From Terrimicrobiaceae bacterium (GTDB lineage: Bacteria; Verrucomicrobiota; Verrucomicrobiia; Chthoniobacterales; Terrimicrobiaceae), in NCBI GenBank assembly GCA_041752695.1, contig JBGSVZ010000035.1, forward strand, positions 125,618-189,617: a DNA stretch of 64,000 nucleotides, read 5' to 3'. Every line of letters starts with the position of its first letter. The first letter of the stretch is position 1. Shown one piece after another: positions 21,134 to 31,258 of this stretch. The position numbers were made by a program, and so were the translations under genes. Below the pieces are notes generated by a model, which was given only the letters and a program-made list of their open reading frames with translations, did not search any database and was not told the origin of the DNA.

Positions 21134-23233
21134 TTAGGGCTGCGCGGCCTGGATGGCGGTGAGCGCGATGGTATAGACAATGTCCTCAACCAAGGCGCCG
21201 CGGGAGAGGTCGTTCACCGGCCGACGCAGCCCCTGCAACATCGGACCAATGGAAATGACATTGGCGCTTCGCTGCACCGCCTTATAGGTGGTGTTCCCCG
21301 TATTAAGATCAGGAAAGACAAAGACCGTGGCGCGGCCCGCCACCGGACTGTCCGGCGCCTTCTTTTGCGCCACATCCGCAATGGCCGCCGCATCGTATTG
21401 CAGCGGACCGTCGATCACCAGATCAGGACACTGCTCCTTGGCCAGCCGGGTCGCTTCGCGCACTTTATCGACGTCCGCCCCCGTTCCGCTCAGGCCGGTC
21501 GAGTAGGAGATCATCGCCACCCGTGGGGGGATGCCGAACTGCCGGGCCGATTCCGCACTGAGGATGGCCACCTCCGCCAGTGTGGCGGCATCGGGATCCT
21601 GCAACACCGCGCAGTCCCCATAGACTACCGCCTGATCGGGGAGGCACATGAAAAAGATCGATGACACCGCTGTCACTCCGGGCTTGGTTTTGATCAGTTG
21701 CAGGGCCGGGCGCACCGTGCTGGCGGACGAGTGAACCGCCCCCGAAACCAAGCCGTCCACCTCCCCCTGGGCGAGCATCATGGTCCCGAGAACAACGTCA
21801 TCCTCCAACTGCGAAGCCGCCGCCTGGGGCGAGAGGTTTTTGTGTTTCCGCAACTGCACCATGGGTTCGATGTAGTTGGCGCGCACCGCCCCGGCATCCA
21901 TCACTTCGACGCCTTCCGGGAGGTCGATTTCCTGCGCAGCCGCCACGCGGTGAATTTCCGCGGGATCGCCGAGCAGCACACAACGGGCGATGCCGCGGGT
22001 CGCGCAGATCGCCGCGGCCCGGATGGTGCGCGGCTCACTGCCCTCGGGAAGAATGATGCGTTTGTGGAGCGCCCGGGCTTTTTCCGTGAGGCGAAAACAA
22101 AAGGCCGCGGGAGAGAGACGCGTTTCCAACTCGCGCTTGCTGCGTTCTTCGATCCATCCCGGATCAATGTGCTCGGAGACAAAATTCATCACCCCTTCGA
22201 TCCGCTGCAGATCGTCCACCGGGACCTCGCCGCTCATGGCGTTCAGGCGCGTCGCCGTGTCATAAGAATTCGTCCGGACGCGAAGGACCGGCAGGCCGGT
22301 CGCCCAACCGGGACGACACAGGGCAAACACCCGTTCGTCCATCTCCGTGTCACCGGTCAGCACCAGTCCCGCAATCGGAATGTCACTCACCGCCGCCATC
22401 GCCGCCGCCATCAGGACATCGTCGCGATCGGCCGGAGTCACCAGAATATTTCCCGGACGAAACGTGTGCATCATGTTCGGCACCTTACGGGCCAGGAGAT
22501 GAATCTCCCGCACCCGGCGATGATCCATCTGTCCCGCCGAAAGCACCTCGGCGTGGAGGTGACGAACCACGTCCCGGGTCCGGAATTGGGTGAGCTTTTC
22601 ATTTTCGGGAATGACCGCGACCAATTCCGGCAACGCGTCTCCCAGCGCCTGATACAGCTCCCGGCAGCGATCCGTGGCCTTATAGACGGACTCCCCATCG
22701 TCGAGCGGCAGGCGATTCAGGATGCAACCCACCACCCGCGATTCCGAACCGTTGGCATATGCGCGCATGGCAAACTCGATCTGCCCGACCAGGGCGGGAC
22801 CAAGCCCCTCAGCCGCACTGGCGACCAGCAAAACTTCTGCGCCCAGAGTGCGAATGAGCTCGGCATTCAGCGGCCCGATAAAAGGATCCTCCATCGTCGC
22901 AACCAGTCCCTCGACAATCACCATGTCCGCGTCGCCGGCCGACTGGTGGAAGTTTTTCATCACTCGTCGCATCAAGTCATCCGACACGCCCATCATCCCC
23001 ACCGCATCAGCCAGCGGGATCGGGTCCACCGGCCGGAGCGCGGTGGTGGCACGCACAAAATGCGTCGAGCGTTCGGGACCGTGATCGGTCGCGCCAGACT
23101 GCCCGACGGGTTTGAAGAAGCCAACGCGCAGACCCCGGCGTTCGAGGGAGCGCAGGAGACCGAGGGAGACGGAAGTGAGCCCGGCGCCGCGAGAGATTGG
23201 GGCAAGGAAGAAGGTGCGTTTCATGGATTTCAT
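21134..23233 (-). CDS. pta: Phosphate acetyltransferase (long form with DRTGG domain)
   Basis: FFKPVGQ, ILPEG.EPRT, DGPLQYDAA, GPMLQGLRRPVNDLSRG. Confidence 0.95.
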   Translation of the reverse strand: MKSMKRTFFLAPISRGAGLTSVSLGLLRSLERRGLRVGFFKPVGQSGATDHGPERSTHFVRATTALRPVDPIPLADAVGMMGVSDDLMRRVMKNFHQSAGDADMVIVEGLVATMEDPFIGPLNAELIRTLGAEVLLVASAAEGLGPALVGQIEFAMRAYANGSESRVVGCILNRLPLDDGESVYKATDRCRELYQALGDALPELVAVIPENEKLTQFRTRDVVRHLHAEVLSAGQMDHRRVREIHLLARKVPNMMHTFRPGNILVTPADRDDVLMAAAMAAVSDIPIAGLVLTGDTEMDERVFALCRPGWATGLPVLRVRTNSYDTATRLNAMSGEVPVDDLQRIEGVMNFVSEHIDPGWIEERSKRELETRLSPAAFCFRLTEKARALHKRIILPEGSEPRTIRAAAICATRGIARCVLLGDPAEIHRVAAAQEIDLPEGVEVMDAGAVRANYIEPMVQLRKHKNLSPQAAASQLEDDVVLGTMMLAQGEVDGLVSGAVHSSASTVRPALQLIKTKPGVTAVSSIFFMCLPDQAVVYGDCAVLQDPDAATLAEVAILSAESARQFGIPPRVAMISYSTGLSGTGADVDKVREATRLAKEQCPDLVIDGPLQYDAAAIADVAQKKAPDSPVAGRATVFVFPDLNTGNTTYKAVQRSANVISIGPMLQGLRRPVNDLSRGALVEDIVYTIALTAIQAAQP

Positions 23234-24414
23234 TTCAAAAAGGGTTCTGTCTGCAGCGCGATGGCCCGTTCTTCGCTGGTGGGCACAACCAGGCCGGTAA
23301 GAGGAGAGGCGTCCGAGGTGATCCGTCCCTGCGAACTCCGGCCGTGCTGGGCATTGCGGGTGTCGTCCAGTTCGGGACGAAGGATTTGCAGGTGCTGCAG
23401 GGTCCGGGCGCGGACGAAGGAGTTATTTTCGCCAATGCCTCCGGTGAAAACCAGGGCATCCACGCGGTCCAGACCGGCCGCCATGCCCAGCAAGCCTTTC
23501 GCTAGCCGGTAACAAAACAAATCCACCGCTTGGGTGGCCTGACGGTACCCTTCACCTGACGCTTGAAGAACGGCCCGCATGTCATTGCTCACCCCGGAGA
23601 CCCCCATGAGTCCGCTCTTATGATTGAGCATGCGGGCGACTTCTTCAAAGGGCATTCCGGAGACGCGGCGCAGGTAGGGAAAGATGTTTGGATCCACATC
23701 GCCACTCCGCGTGCCCATCATCAGGCCTTCCAGCGGCGTGAGTCCCATCGTGGTGTCGGCACTCCGACCCTCCCGCACCGCACAGGCGCTGCATCCATTG
23801 CCCAGGTGCGCGGTGATGAGGTGCAGATCGGTCAGCGGGCGGCCCAGCATTTCCGCCGCCTGCGCCGCCACGTAGGCATGACTCGTCCCGTGGGCCCCGT
23901 AGCGCCTCACCGCGTAGCGTTTGTACATCTCCAACGGCAGGGCATACATCCAGGCATGCTCGGGCATGCTTTGGTGGAAGGCGGTGTCGAACACCGCGAC
24001 GTGCGGCACCTCGGGAAAAAACTTCCGCGCCAGCCGGATGCCGAGGGCGTGGGCCGGATTGTGCAGCGGGGCGAGATCGCGGCAGAGTTCGATCTTGGAC
24101 AGGACATCGTGATTAATCAGCGTGGCTTCGCTAAAAAATTCCCCGCCGTGCACCACGCGATGGCCCACCCCCTTGACGGGAAGGGGCCTGCCGAGGCGAT
24201 CCTCTAATAGCTCCACCGCCGCCGCCAGCGCGGCCTGATGGGTGGCATGGGGGTATTCCGCGGAGCCCGTCTCTCCCTGGATTTTCCACCGACCGCTGGC
24301 CTCCGGGCGTCCCAGGCGTTCGAAGATACCCTCGGCGAGAAAAACGCCGCCGTCGAGCAGGGCAAATTTCAGCGAGGAACTGCCGCAATTGATGATGAGA
24401 ATCTCCCGGGCCAT
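23230..24414 (-). CDS. ackA: Acetate kinase
   Basis: INCGSSSLK, GHRVVHGG, HLGNG.S, MGTRSGD, FTGGIGEN. Confidence 0.96.
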   Translation of the reverse strand: MAREILIINCGSSSLKFALLDGGVFLAEGIFERLGRPEASGRWKIQGETGSAEYPHATHQAALAAAVELLEDRLGRPLPVKGVGHRVVHGGEFFSEATLINHDVLSKIELCRDLAPLHNPAHALGIRLARKFFPEVPHVAVFDTAFHQSMPEHAWMYALPLEMYKRYAVRRYGAHGTSHAYVAAQAAEMLGRPLTDLHLITAHLGNGCSACAVREGRSADTTMGLTPLEGLMMGTRSGDVDPNIFPYLRRVSGMPFEEVARMLNHKSGLMGVSGVSNDMRAVLQASGEGYRQATQAVDLFCYRLAKGLLGMAAGLDRVDALVFTGGIGENNSFVRARTLQHLQILRPELDDTRNAQHGRSSQGRITSDASPLTGLVVPTSEERAIALQTEPFLK

Positions 24415-24421
24415 GTGATCG

Positions 24422-25414
24422 TTATACCCTCCACCCCTGCAAAATCCGCATGTAATTAGCGCGCTCAAACGCGGCGGGATCCGGGCAGTGCGCCAGGCTC
24501 AGCGAGCCGCGCAGTTGCTCCAGAGAGGCATACTCGTGTTCGTCCATCCAGCGCACCACACCCTCCAGGACCGTGCCCAGCCACTCGGGCCCGCGTTTCA
24601 GCAGGGCCGAAACCAACTGCACCACGTCCGCCCCGGCCATGATCGCCTTGACCGCATCCTCGCTGGTATGCACCCCTCCGCTGGCGGCGAAGGAAAGATC
24701 CGCCACGCCGTGCAGAATGGCCAGCCAGCGCAGACGCAGACGCAGTTCCGACCGGTCGGACAACTGCAACGTCGGGAGCACCTCGAGGTTTTCGATATCG
24801 AGGTCGGGTTGATAAAACCGGTTGAACATCACGATCCCATTGGCCCCGGAGTCGGCGGCGCGCTGCACGAAGTTGGGAAGGGACGAAAAGAAGGGCGAGA
24901 TTTTCAACGCGATGGGCAGCGAGACGCTTTTGCGCACAAACCGGAGCATCTGCAGGGCATCACTTTCCACCGAACGCGCGGAGCGCTGGGGATCGGTCGC
25001 GATATCATAATAGTTCAATTCGATGGCATCGACCCCGGTGCTCTCCAGATGCGCCGCGTATCCCGCCCAGCCCCCTGGAGTGGCGCCATTAAGCGAAGCA
25101 ATCACCGGAACTTCCACCGCCTCCTTCACCCGTCGCAGTTGCTCCAGATATTGATCCGGCGTGAGCGCGTAGTCGTCGGGCTCGGTGAGAAACGACATCG
25201 CCTCACTAAAGGAGTTTTCGTGGCTGGCGACGTGCGTTTCATAAGCCCTTTCCTCCAGGGTGATTTGCTCTTCGAAAAGCGAATGCATCACGATGGCGGA
25301 CGCCCCCGCGTCCTCCAGACGGCGGACGAGGTCAAGATTGTCCACCATCGGGGAGGCCCCCGGCATGAGAGGGTTTTTGAGCGTGAGCCCGAGGTACGTG
25401 GTTTTCAGGTTCAT
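24422..25414 (-). CDS. Dihydroorotate dehydrogenase-like flavoprotein (nifJ-associated)
   Basis: TTYLGLTLKNPL, SLFEEQI, FNRFYQPD, ERANYM. Confidence 0.88.
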   Translation of the reverse strand: MNLKTTYLGLTLKNPLMPGASPMVDNLDLVRRLEDAGASAIVMHSLFEEQITLEERAYETHVASHENSFSEAMSFLTEPDDYALTPDQYLEQLRRVKEAVEVPVIASLNGATPGGWAGYAAHLESTGVDAIELNYYDIATDPQRSARSVESDALQMLRFVRKSVSLPIALKISPFFSSLPNFVQRAADSGANGIVMFNRFYQPDLDIENLEVLPTLQLSDRSELRLRLRWLAILHGVADLSFAASGGVHTSEDAVKAIMAGADVVQLVSALLKRGPEWLGTVLEGVVRWMDEHEYASLEQLRGSLSLAHCPDPAAFERANYMRILQGWRV

Positions 25415-28400
25415 GAGACGGGGGCGGGTTGTTCGGTCAGTCCCGCCATCTGCTGGAGGACCTTCCAATGGTGATCGGCTTCCTGCTGGGACGCGGCCTG
25501 CAGGTCTTTAAAACGCACGGGATCGGATTTTTCGATGATGCGAAAACGCAGTTCGTTGGCGAGGTAGCGGGCAACCGGAACCTTCGGCGCCCCGCTGTCC
25601 AACTGCAGGGCGGGTTTCCCCTGGTCGGCGCGACGGGGATCAAAACGATAGAGCGGCCAGGTGCCGGAATCCACCGCCAGCTTCTGCTGATCGAGCCCCT
25701 GATGCATGGCATAGCCATGCGCGATACAATGGCTGTAGGCGATGATCAGCGACGTGCCGGGGTAACTTTCCGCCTCTTCGAACACCTTGAGCGTCTGGGA
25801 ATCCTTTGCGCCCATCGCCACGCGCCCCACATATACCGATCCATAACTCATGGCCATCAACCCGAGGTCCTTCTTGGGCCGCGTCTTGCCCGCGACCGCA
25901 AACTTCGCGCTCGCGCCCAGCGGGGTGGATTTCGACGACTGACCGCCCGTGTTGGAATAGACTTCGGTGTCGAGCACGAGGATGTTGACATCACGGCCGA
26001 GGGAAAAGACGTGATCAAGTCCACCGAAGCCGATGTCATACGCCCAACCGTCGCCACCGACGATCCAGACGCTTTTGCGCACCAGGGCATCGGCCAGCGC
26101 GGCCAGCCGTCGGGCGGCGGGTTCATCCAATCGCACGAGCCTTTGTTTGAGTTGAGCGATGCGCTCACGCTGGGCGGCGATGCCGGCCTCAGTGTGCTGA
26201 TCGGCCCCGAGGATCTCGGCGACCAATCCATCGCCCACCTGCGGCGCGACCTCCCGCAGCAACTCGCGCGCGGCCTCCTCCTGCTTATCAAGGGCGAACC
26301 GCATCCCCAGACCGTATTCGGCATTATCTTCGAAGAGCGAGTTCGACCACGCCGGGCCGCGCCCGCTGGCATTGGTGGTGTAAGGGGTGGTGGGAAGATT
26401 GCCCCCGAAGATGGAGGAACAGCCGGTGGCGTTGGCGATCACCGCGCGATCACCGTAGAGCTGGGTCAACAGCTTCAAATACGGGGTCTCGCCGCACCCG
26501 GCACACGCGCCGGAGTATTCAAAGAGCGGCTCAAAAACCTGACTGCTCTTCACCTCGGCGCGCAGGCTGGCACGGTCGGGATTGGGCAGACTGAGGAAAA
26601 ACTCGTAATTCCGCCGCTCCGTCTCCCGCAGCGGGGGTTGCGGGGCCATATTGATCGCCTTGCGACGCGGGTTGGTTTTGTCCTTCACCGGACACACCTG
26701 GACGCACAGCGTGCAGCCCGTGCAGTCCTCCGGCGCCACTTGCAGGGTGTATTTCTGACCGGGAAAATCCTGCGACCGGAAGGGCGCCGAAAGAAACTCC
26801 GCCGGTGCAGTGTCGAGGAATTTGGGTTCGTAAAATTTCGGCCGGATGCAGGCGTGCGGGCAGACCAGCGAACATTTGTTGCACTGGATGCAAAGGTCCG
26901 GTTCCCAAACGGGAATGACGTCCGCGATGTTTCGCTTCTCCCATTGGGACGTCCCGGTCGGCCAGGTTCCATCCACCGGAAAGGCACTCACCGGCAGCAA
27001 GTCTCCCTTGCCGGCCAGCATCATCGCGGTGACACGCTTCACAAAGTCGGGCGCGTCGTCCGGCAGGGCCCCCGCCAGCACGACCGCCGCAGGGTCCCCG
27101 GCGGGAATGACAATTTCGTGCAGCGCGGCCAGCGTTTGAACGACCGCGGCAAAGTTCTGCTGCACGACCTGATCGCCCTTGCGGGCGTAGCTCTTGCGGA
27201 TCGCATCCTTGATTTTCGCAATGGCCTCCTCACGCGGCAGCACGCCGGACAGCGCAAAAAAGCACGTCTGCATGATCGTATTGATCCGCCCGCGCATGCC
27301 GCATTCCTGCGCGACCTTGGAGGCGTCGATCACATAACACTTCAACCCTTTCTCGCGGATCTGCTCGCGTGCCCCGGCCGGCAGTTGATCCCAGACTTTA
27401 TCAGGCGAAAACGCGGTATTGAGTAACACAGTCGCACCCGTGTCTGCGTACCCGAATACGTCATACAACCCGAGGAAATGAAAATGGTGGCAGGCGACAA
27501 AATTCGCGCGGGTGATGAGATAATGCGAGGCAATCGGGCGCGGACCAAACCGCAGGTGCGAAATCGTCATCGCTCCGGATTTTTTCGAATCGTACACAAA
27601 ATACCCCTGCGCGTAATTCGGGGTCTCCTCCCCGATGATCTTGATCGAGTTTTTGTTCGCACCAACGGTGCCGTCGGACCCCAGCCCGAAAAACACCGCC
27701 CGCACCACATCGGGGCTTTCGATTTCGAAGGCGGGATCGACCACCAGCGAGAGCCCGGTCACATCATCCGTGATTCCCACGGTGAAATGCCGGTGCGGCC
27801 GTTCTTTTTTCAATTCGTCAAAAACCGCCTTCGCCATCGCGGGATCAAATTCTTTCGAGGACAACCCGTAGCGTCCGCCAATCACCACCGGCTCGACTTC
27901 GAATTCCGAAAACCCCGCCGCACGGGCTTCCGCCAGCGCGGCAATCACGTCGAGATACAAGGGCTCGCCAATGGCCCCGGGCTCCTTCGTCCGGTCGAGC
28001 ACTGCAATGCTGCGCACCGAGTCCGGCAAGGCGTTGATAAAATCGGTCACCGAAAACGGCCGGTAGAGCCGCACCTTGACCACCCCGACATGCTCGCCGC
28101 GGGCGATCAGTTCGCGGGCCGTTTCCACCGCGGTCTCCGCGCCGGATCCCATGGCCACGATCACGCGGTCGGGCCGCGGATGGCCCTCGTAGTCGAAGAG
28201 TCCATATTCCCGCCCGGTCAGCGAGGCAAACCGATCCATCAACTGCTGCACCACTTCGGGCAGGCGTTCGTAATAGCGATTCGCCGCCTCCCGGGCCTGG
28301 AAAAAGACATCGGGATTCTGCGCCGTGCCGCGGATCATGGGATGGTCCGGCGAAAGCGCGCGGGCACGAAACGCCGCCACGCTGCGCTCGTTCAGCATTC

Positions 28401-28971
28401 CGCGAAGCACTTCGTCAGGCAGCAACTCGATCTTCGCGATTTCATGCGAGGTGCGGAACCCGTCGAAGAAATGCAAAAATGGCACCCGACTGGCGAGGGT
28501 CGCGCAATGCGCAATACAGGCCAGATCCTGCGCCTCCTGCACGGAATTCGAAGCCAGCAGGGCGACCCCGGTTTGTCGGCAGGCCATGACATCCGAATGA
28601 TCCCCAAAAATGGACAACGCATGGGTGGCCAGGGTGCGCGCCGTGACGTGAAAACAAAAGGGCAGCAGCTCGCCGGCGATTTTGTAGAGATTCGGGATCA
28701 TCAGCAACAGACCCTGCGACGCGGTAAAAGTGGTCGTGAGCGAACCCATCTGCAGCATCCCGTGGACCGCGCCCGCCACTCCGGCCTCCGATTGCATCTC
28801 CACCAGGCTGGGCACCGTGTTCCACAAGTTCGGCCGCTTTTTGACCGACCATTCGTCGCACCACTCCGCCATGGGCGAAGACGGAGTGATCGGATAAATC
28901 GCGATGGTTTCGCTGAGGCGGTAGGCGACCGATGCGACGGCTTCGTTCGCATCGAGGGTGGCGCATTTCAT
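25411..28971 (-). CDS. nifJ: Pyruvate:ferredoxin (flavodoxin) oxidoreductase
   Basis: YPITPS, MQSEAG, two 4Fe-4S motifs, GDGWAYDIG, YSNTGGQ. Confidence 0.96.
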   Translation of the reverse strand: MKCATLDANEAVASVAYRLSETIAIYPITPSSPMAEWCDEWSVKKRPNLWNTVPSLVEMQSEAGVAGAVHGMLQMGSLTTTFTASQGLLLMIPNLYKIAGELLPFCFHVTARTLATHALSIFGDHSDVMACRQTGVALLASNSVQEAQDLACIAHCATLASRVPFLHFFDGFRTSHEIAKIELLPDEVLRGMLNERSVAAFRARALSPDHPMIRGTAQNPDVFFQAREAANRYYERLPEVVQQLMDRFASLTGREYGLFDYEGHPRPDRVIVAMGSGAETAVETARELIARGEHVGVVKVRLYRPFSVTDFINALPDSVRSIAVLDRTKEPGAIGEPLYLDVIAALAEARAAGFSEFEVEPVVIGGRYGLSSKEFDPAMAKAVFDELKKERPHRHFTVGITDDVTGLSLVVDPAFEIESPDVVRAVFFGLGSDGTVGANKNSIKIIGEETPNYAQGYFVYDSKKSGAMTISHLRFGPRPIASHYLITRANFVACHHFHFLGLYDVFGYADTGATVLLNTAFSPDKVWDQLPAGAREQIREKGLKCYVIDASKVAQECGMRGRINTIMQTCFFALSGVLPREEAIAKIKDAIRKSYARKGDQVVQQNFAAVVQTLAALHEIVIPAGDPAAVVLAGALPDDAPDFVKRVTAMMLAGKGDLLPVSAFPVDGTWPTGTSQWEKRNIADVIPVWEPDLCIQCNKCSLVCPHACIRPKFYEPKFLDTAPAEFLSAPFRSQDFPGQKYTLQVAPEDCTGCTLCVQVCPVKDKTNPRRKAINMAPQPPLRETERRNYEFFLSLPNPDRASLRAEVKSSQVFEPLFEYSGACAGCGETPYLKLLTQLYGDRAVIANATGCSSIFGGNLPTTPYTTNASGRGPAWSNSLFEDNAEYGLGMRFALDKQEEAARELLREVAPQVGDGLVAEILGADQHTEAGIAAQRERIAQLKQRLVRLDEPAARRLAALADALVRKSVWIVGGDGWAYDIGFGGLDHVFSLGRDVNILVLDTEVYSNTGGQSSKSTPLGASAKFAVAGKTRPKKDLGLMAMSYGSVYVGRVAMGAKDSQTLKVFEEAESYPGTSLIIAYSHCIAHGYAMHQGLDQQKLAVDSGTWPLYRFDPRRADQGKPALQLDSGAPKVPVARYLANELRFRIIEKSDPVRFKDLQAASQQEADHHWKVLQQMAGLTEQPAPVS

Positions 28972-29082
28972 GATGCCCCCATCACACACCACCCGCGAGG
29001 CCCCCACTTCGCAGCCCTTGGCCAAAGGTGCGCAATTTTTGCGAAAAGGAAGGTCTTTGCCGATGGGTGCCAGTCTTGCATC

Positions 29083-29616
29083 ATGAAGAGAACGATGCGT
29101 TCCCGGCTGGCAAACCTCCTTCTGATGGGCGGCGCGATCTTTTTTGTGGGATCGGTCTTCTTTTCCCCACCGTTGCTGCCTGAACGGGTGGCGAGTCATT
29201 TCGGAGGGTCCGGTGAGCCCAATGGGTGGACGACGCGCGGCTCCTATCTGTGGTCGGTCACGCTGATCGGCTTTGGCATCCCGGCTCTGGTCATCGGAGT
29301 CTGTTTCGGCATCCGGTATCTTCCGCCCTCGATGCTCAATGTGCCGCACGCGAATTTTTGGCGCTCTGCTCGGCAATACCCGGAGGCATGCAGGATCCTT
29401 CTCGACTGGTCATTTTTTCTGGGGGCGGCGAATTTTCTCTGGGCCACCCTTTTTCACGTCCTGATGGTGCGGGCCAACCGCCTGGATCCCCCCGCTCTCG
29501 CGCCCGGCCCGGTTTTTCTTCTTTCGGGCGCTTATCTCCTCATCACCGTCCTCTTGGTGCTGATGCTGGTCTTGCAATTCGCCCGACCACCAAGGGGTAT
29601 CGCGCAAAGCGAATAA
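29083..29616 (+). CDS. DUF1648-like membrane protein
   Basis: LPERVASHFGGSGEPNGW plus several TM helices. Confidence 0.75.
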   Translation: MKRTMRSRLANLLLMGGAIFFVGSVFFSPPLLPERVASHFGGSGEPNGWTTRGSYLWSVTLIGFGIPALVIGVCFGIRYLPPSMLNVPHANFWRSARQYPEACRILLDWSFFLGAANFLWATLFHVLMVRANRLDPPALAPGPVFLLSGAYLLITVLLVLMLVLQFARPPRGIAQSE

Positions 29617-29717
29617 CGCCCGCCCCCGAGCGACTTCGGTGCCCGCTTCGCAAACGAGGGGGAGAGTTTGGCAAGGGGCGGAGAACTTCCCGCGTCTGAC
29701 GCATTAGGTTTCCCGTG

Positions 29718-31157
29718 ATGCATTTCAAAATCATTCAGGGCGGGATGGGAGTCGGCGTGTCCGGTTGGCAACTCGCCCGCGCGACATCGTTGTTAGACTG
29801 CCTGGGCGTCGTCTCCTCCACGGGCCTGGATACCCTGCTCGCCCGGCGCCTGCAAATGGGCGACCCTGGCCGTCACATGCGACGGGCCATGGCGCATTTC
29901 CCCCTCCCTGGCGTGGCCGAACGCGTCTTGGACACGTATTTCCTCAAGGATGGAAAAGCCAAGGACCAGCCCTTCAAACCGGTGCCGATCTTTTCCCAGC
30001 AACCCTCAAGAGCCCTGCTGGAACTGACCGTCCTGGCCAACTTTGCCGAGGTGTTCCTGGCCAAGGAAGGGCATTCCGGCCGCGTGGGAATCAATCTTCT
30101 GGAGAAAATCCAGCTCCCCACCCTGCCCTCGCTTTTTGGCGCCATGCTTGCCGGGGTGGACTGCGTTCTGATGGGGGCGGGCATTCCGCGGATGATCCCG
30201 GGAATTCTCGACGATCTGGCCCGGGGCGAACGGACCTCGCTGAAACTCGACGTCCAGGACCTCCAACCTGGCGCGCAATTTCTGACCGAATTTGATCCCC
30301 AGGATTTCTGCGAAGGCTGCGTGCCGCCGCTCAAGCGCCCCCCCTTTCTCGCCGTCATCTCGTCGGCAACCCTCGCGATCACCCTGGCCCGCAAAGCCAA
30401 TGGCAAAGTGGACGGCTTTGTGGTGGAGGGACCCTCCGCCGGCGGACACAACGCGCCGCCTCGCGGAACGATGCAACTGAGCGAACACGGCGAGCCGGTC
30501 TATGGCGAACGCGATGCTGCCGACCTCGAAAAAATCCGCGCCCTCGGCCTGCCGTTCTGGCTGGCCGGTTCGTATGGGCATCCCGACAAACTTCGCGAGG
30601 CGCTGGAACTTGGTGCCTCAGGGATTCAAGTGGGAACACCCTTTGCGTTCTGCGAAGAGTCGGGCATTGATCCCGACATCAAACGCCGCGTCGTGGACCG
30701 CTGCCGCGAGGGAACGCTCGGGGTTTTCACCGACCCCCTCGCCTCTCCCACCGGCTTTCCCTTCAAGATCGTCCAACTGGAAAACACCGCCGCCGTCCCC
30801 GCCCTGCGTGCCGGACGGAATCGCATTTGCGACATGGGGTATCTGCGACAGGCTTATCAAAAACCCGACGGCGCACTCGGCCACCGTTGCTCCGGCGAAC
30901 CCCCCACCATCTATCTCAACAAGGGCGGTTCCGCCCCCGACATGGCCGGCCGCGTCTGCGTCTGCAATGGCCTCATGGCCACCGCGGGATTCCCCCAGGT
31001 GCGCAAAGGCGGATACACGGAACCCAACCTGGTCACGGCCGGCGACTCGGTCTGTGATCTGGTGCATTTCATTCCGACGGGAGCGGATTGCTATTTCGCC
31101 AAGGATGTGGTCAGGCAACTTCTCGGGGCCCCTCCGCCTTCTCGGCAGGGCCAGTAA
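29718..31157 (+). CDS. Nitronate monooxygenase family flavoprotein
   Basis: IIQGGMGVGVS, EGPSAGGHN, GIQVGT.F. Confidence 0.88.
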   Translation: MHFKIIQGGMGVGVSGWQLARATSLLDCLGVVSSTGLDTLLARRLQMGDPGRHMRRAMAHFPLPGVAERVLDTYFLKDGKAKDQPFKPVPIFSQQPSRALLELTVLANFAEVFLAKEGHSGRVGINLLEKIQLPTLPSLFGAMLAGVDCVLMGAGIPRMIPGILDDLARGERTSLKLDVQDLQPGAQFLTEFDPQDFCEGCVPPLKRPPFLAVISSATLAITLARKANGKVDGFVVEGPSAGGHNAPPRGTMQLSEHGEPVYGERDAADLEKIRALGLPFWLAGSYGHPDKLREALELGASGIQVGTPFAFCEESGIDPDIKRRVVDRCREGTLGVFTDPLASPTGFPFKIVQLENTAAVPALRAGRNRICDMGYLRQAYQKPDGALGHRCSGEPPTIYLNKGGSAPDMAGRVCVCNGLMATAGFPQVRKGGYTEPNLVTAGDSVCDLVHFIPTGADCYFAKDVVRQLLGAPPPSRQGQ

Positions 31158-31258
31158 AAGGGAGTTCCCGGCAACACCTTGGGCCGACACACCAATTGCG
31201 ACAATTTTGTCACAATTGCAGAGTCCCATTACGCACACCTTTCCCCCTGGCTGAAATC

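Noticed and set aside
28972..29376. Long N-terminal extension of NifJ in the ORF track
   Set aside because: PFOR homology starts at MKCATLDANEA (28971); the extension overlaps the divergent membrane-protein gene
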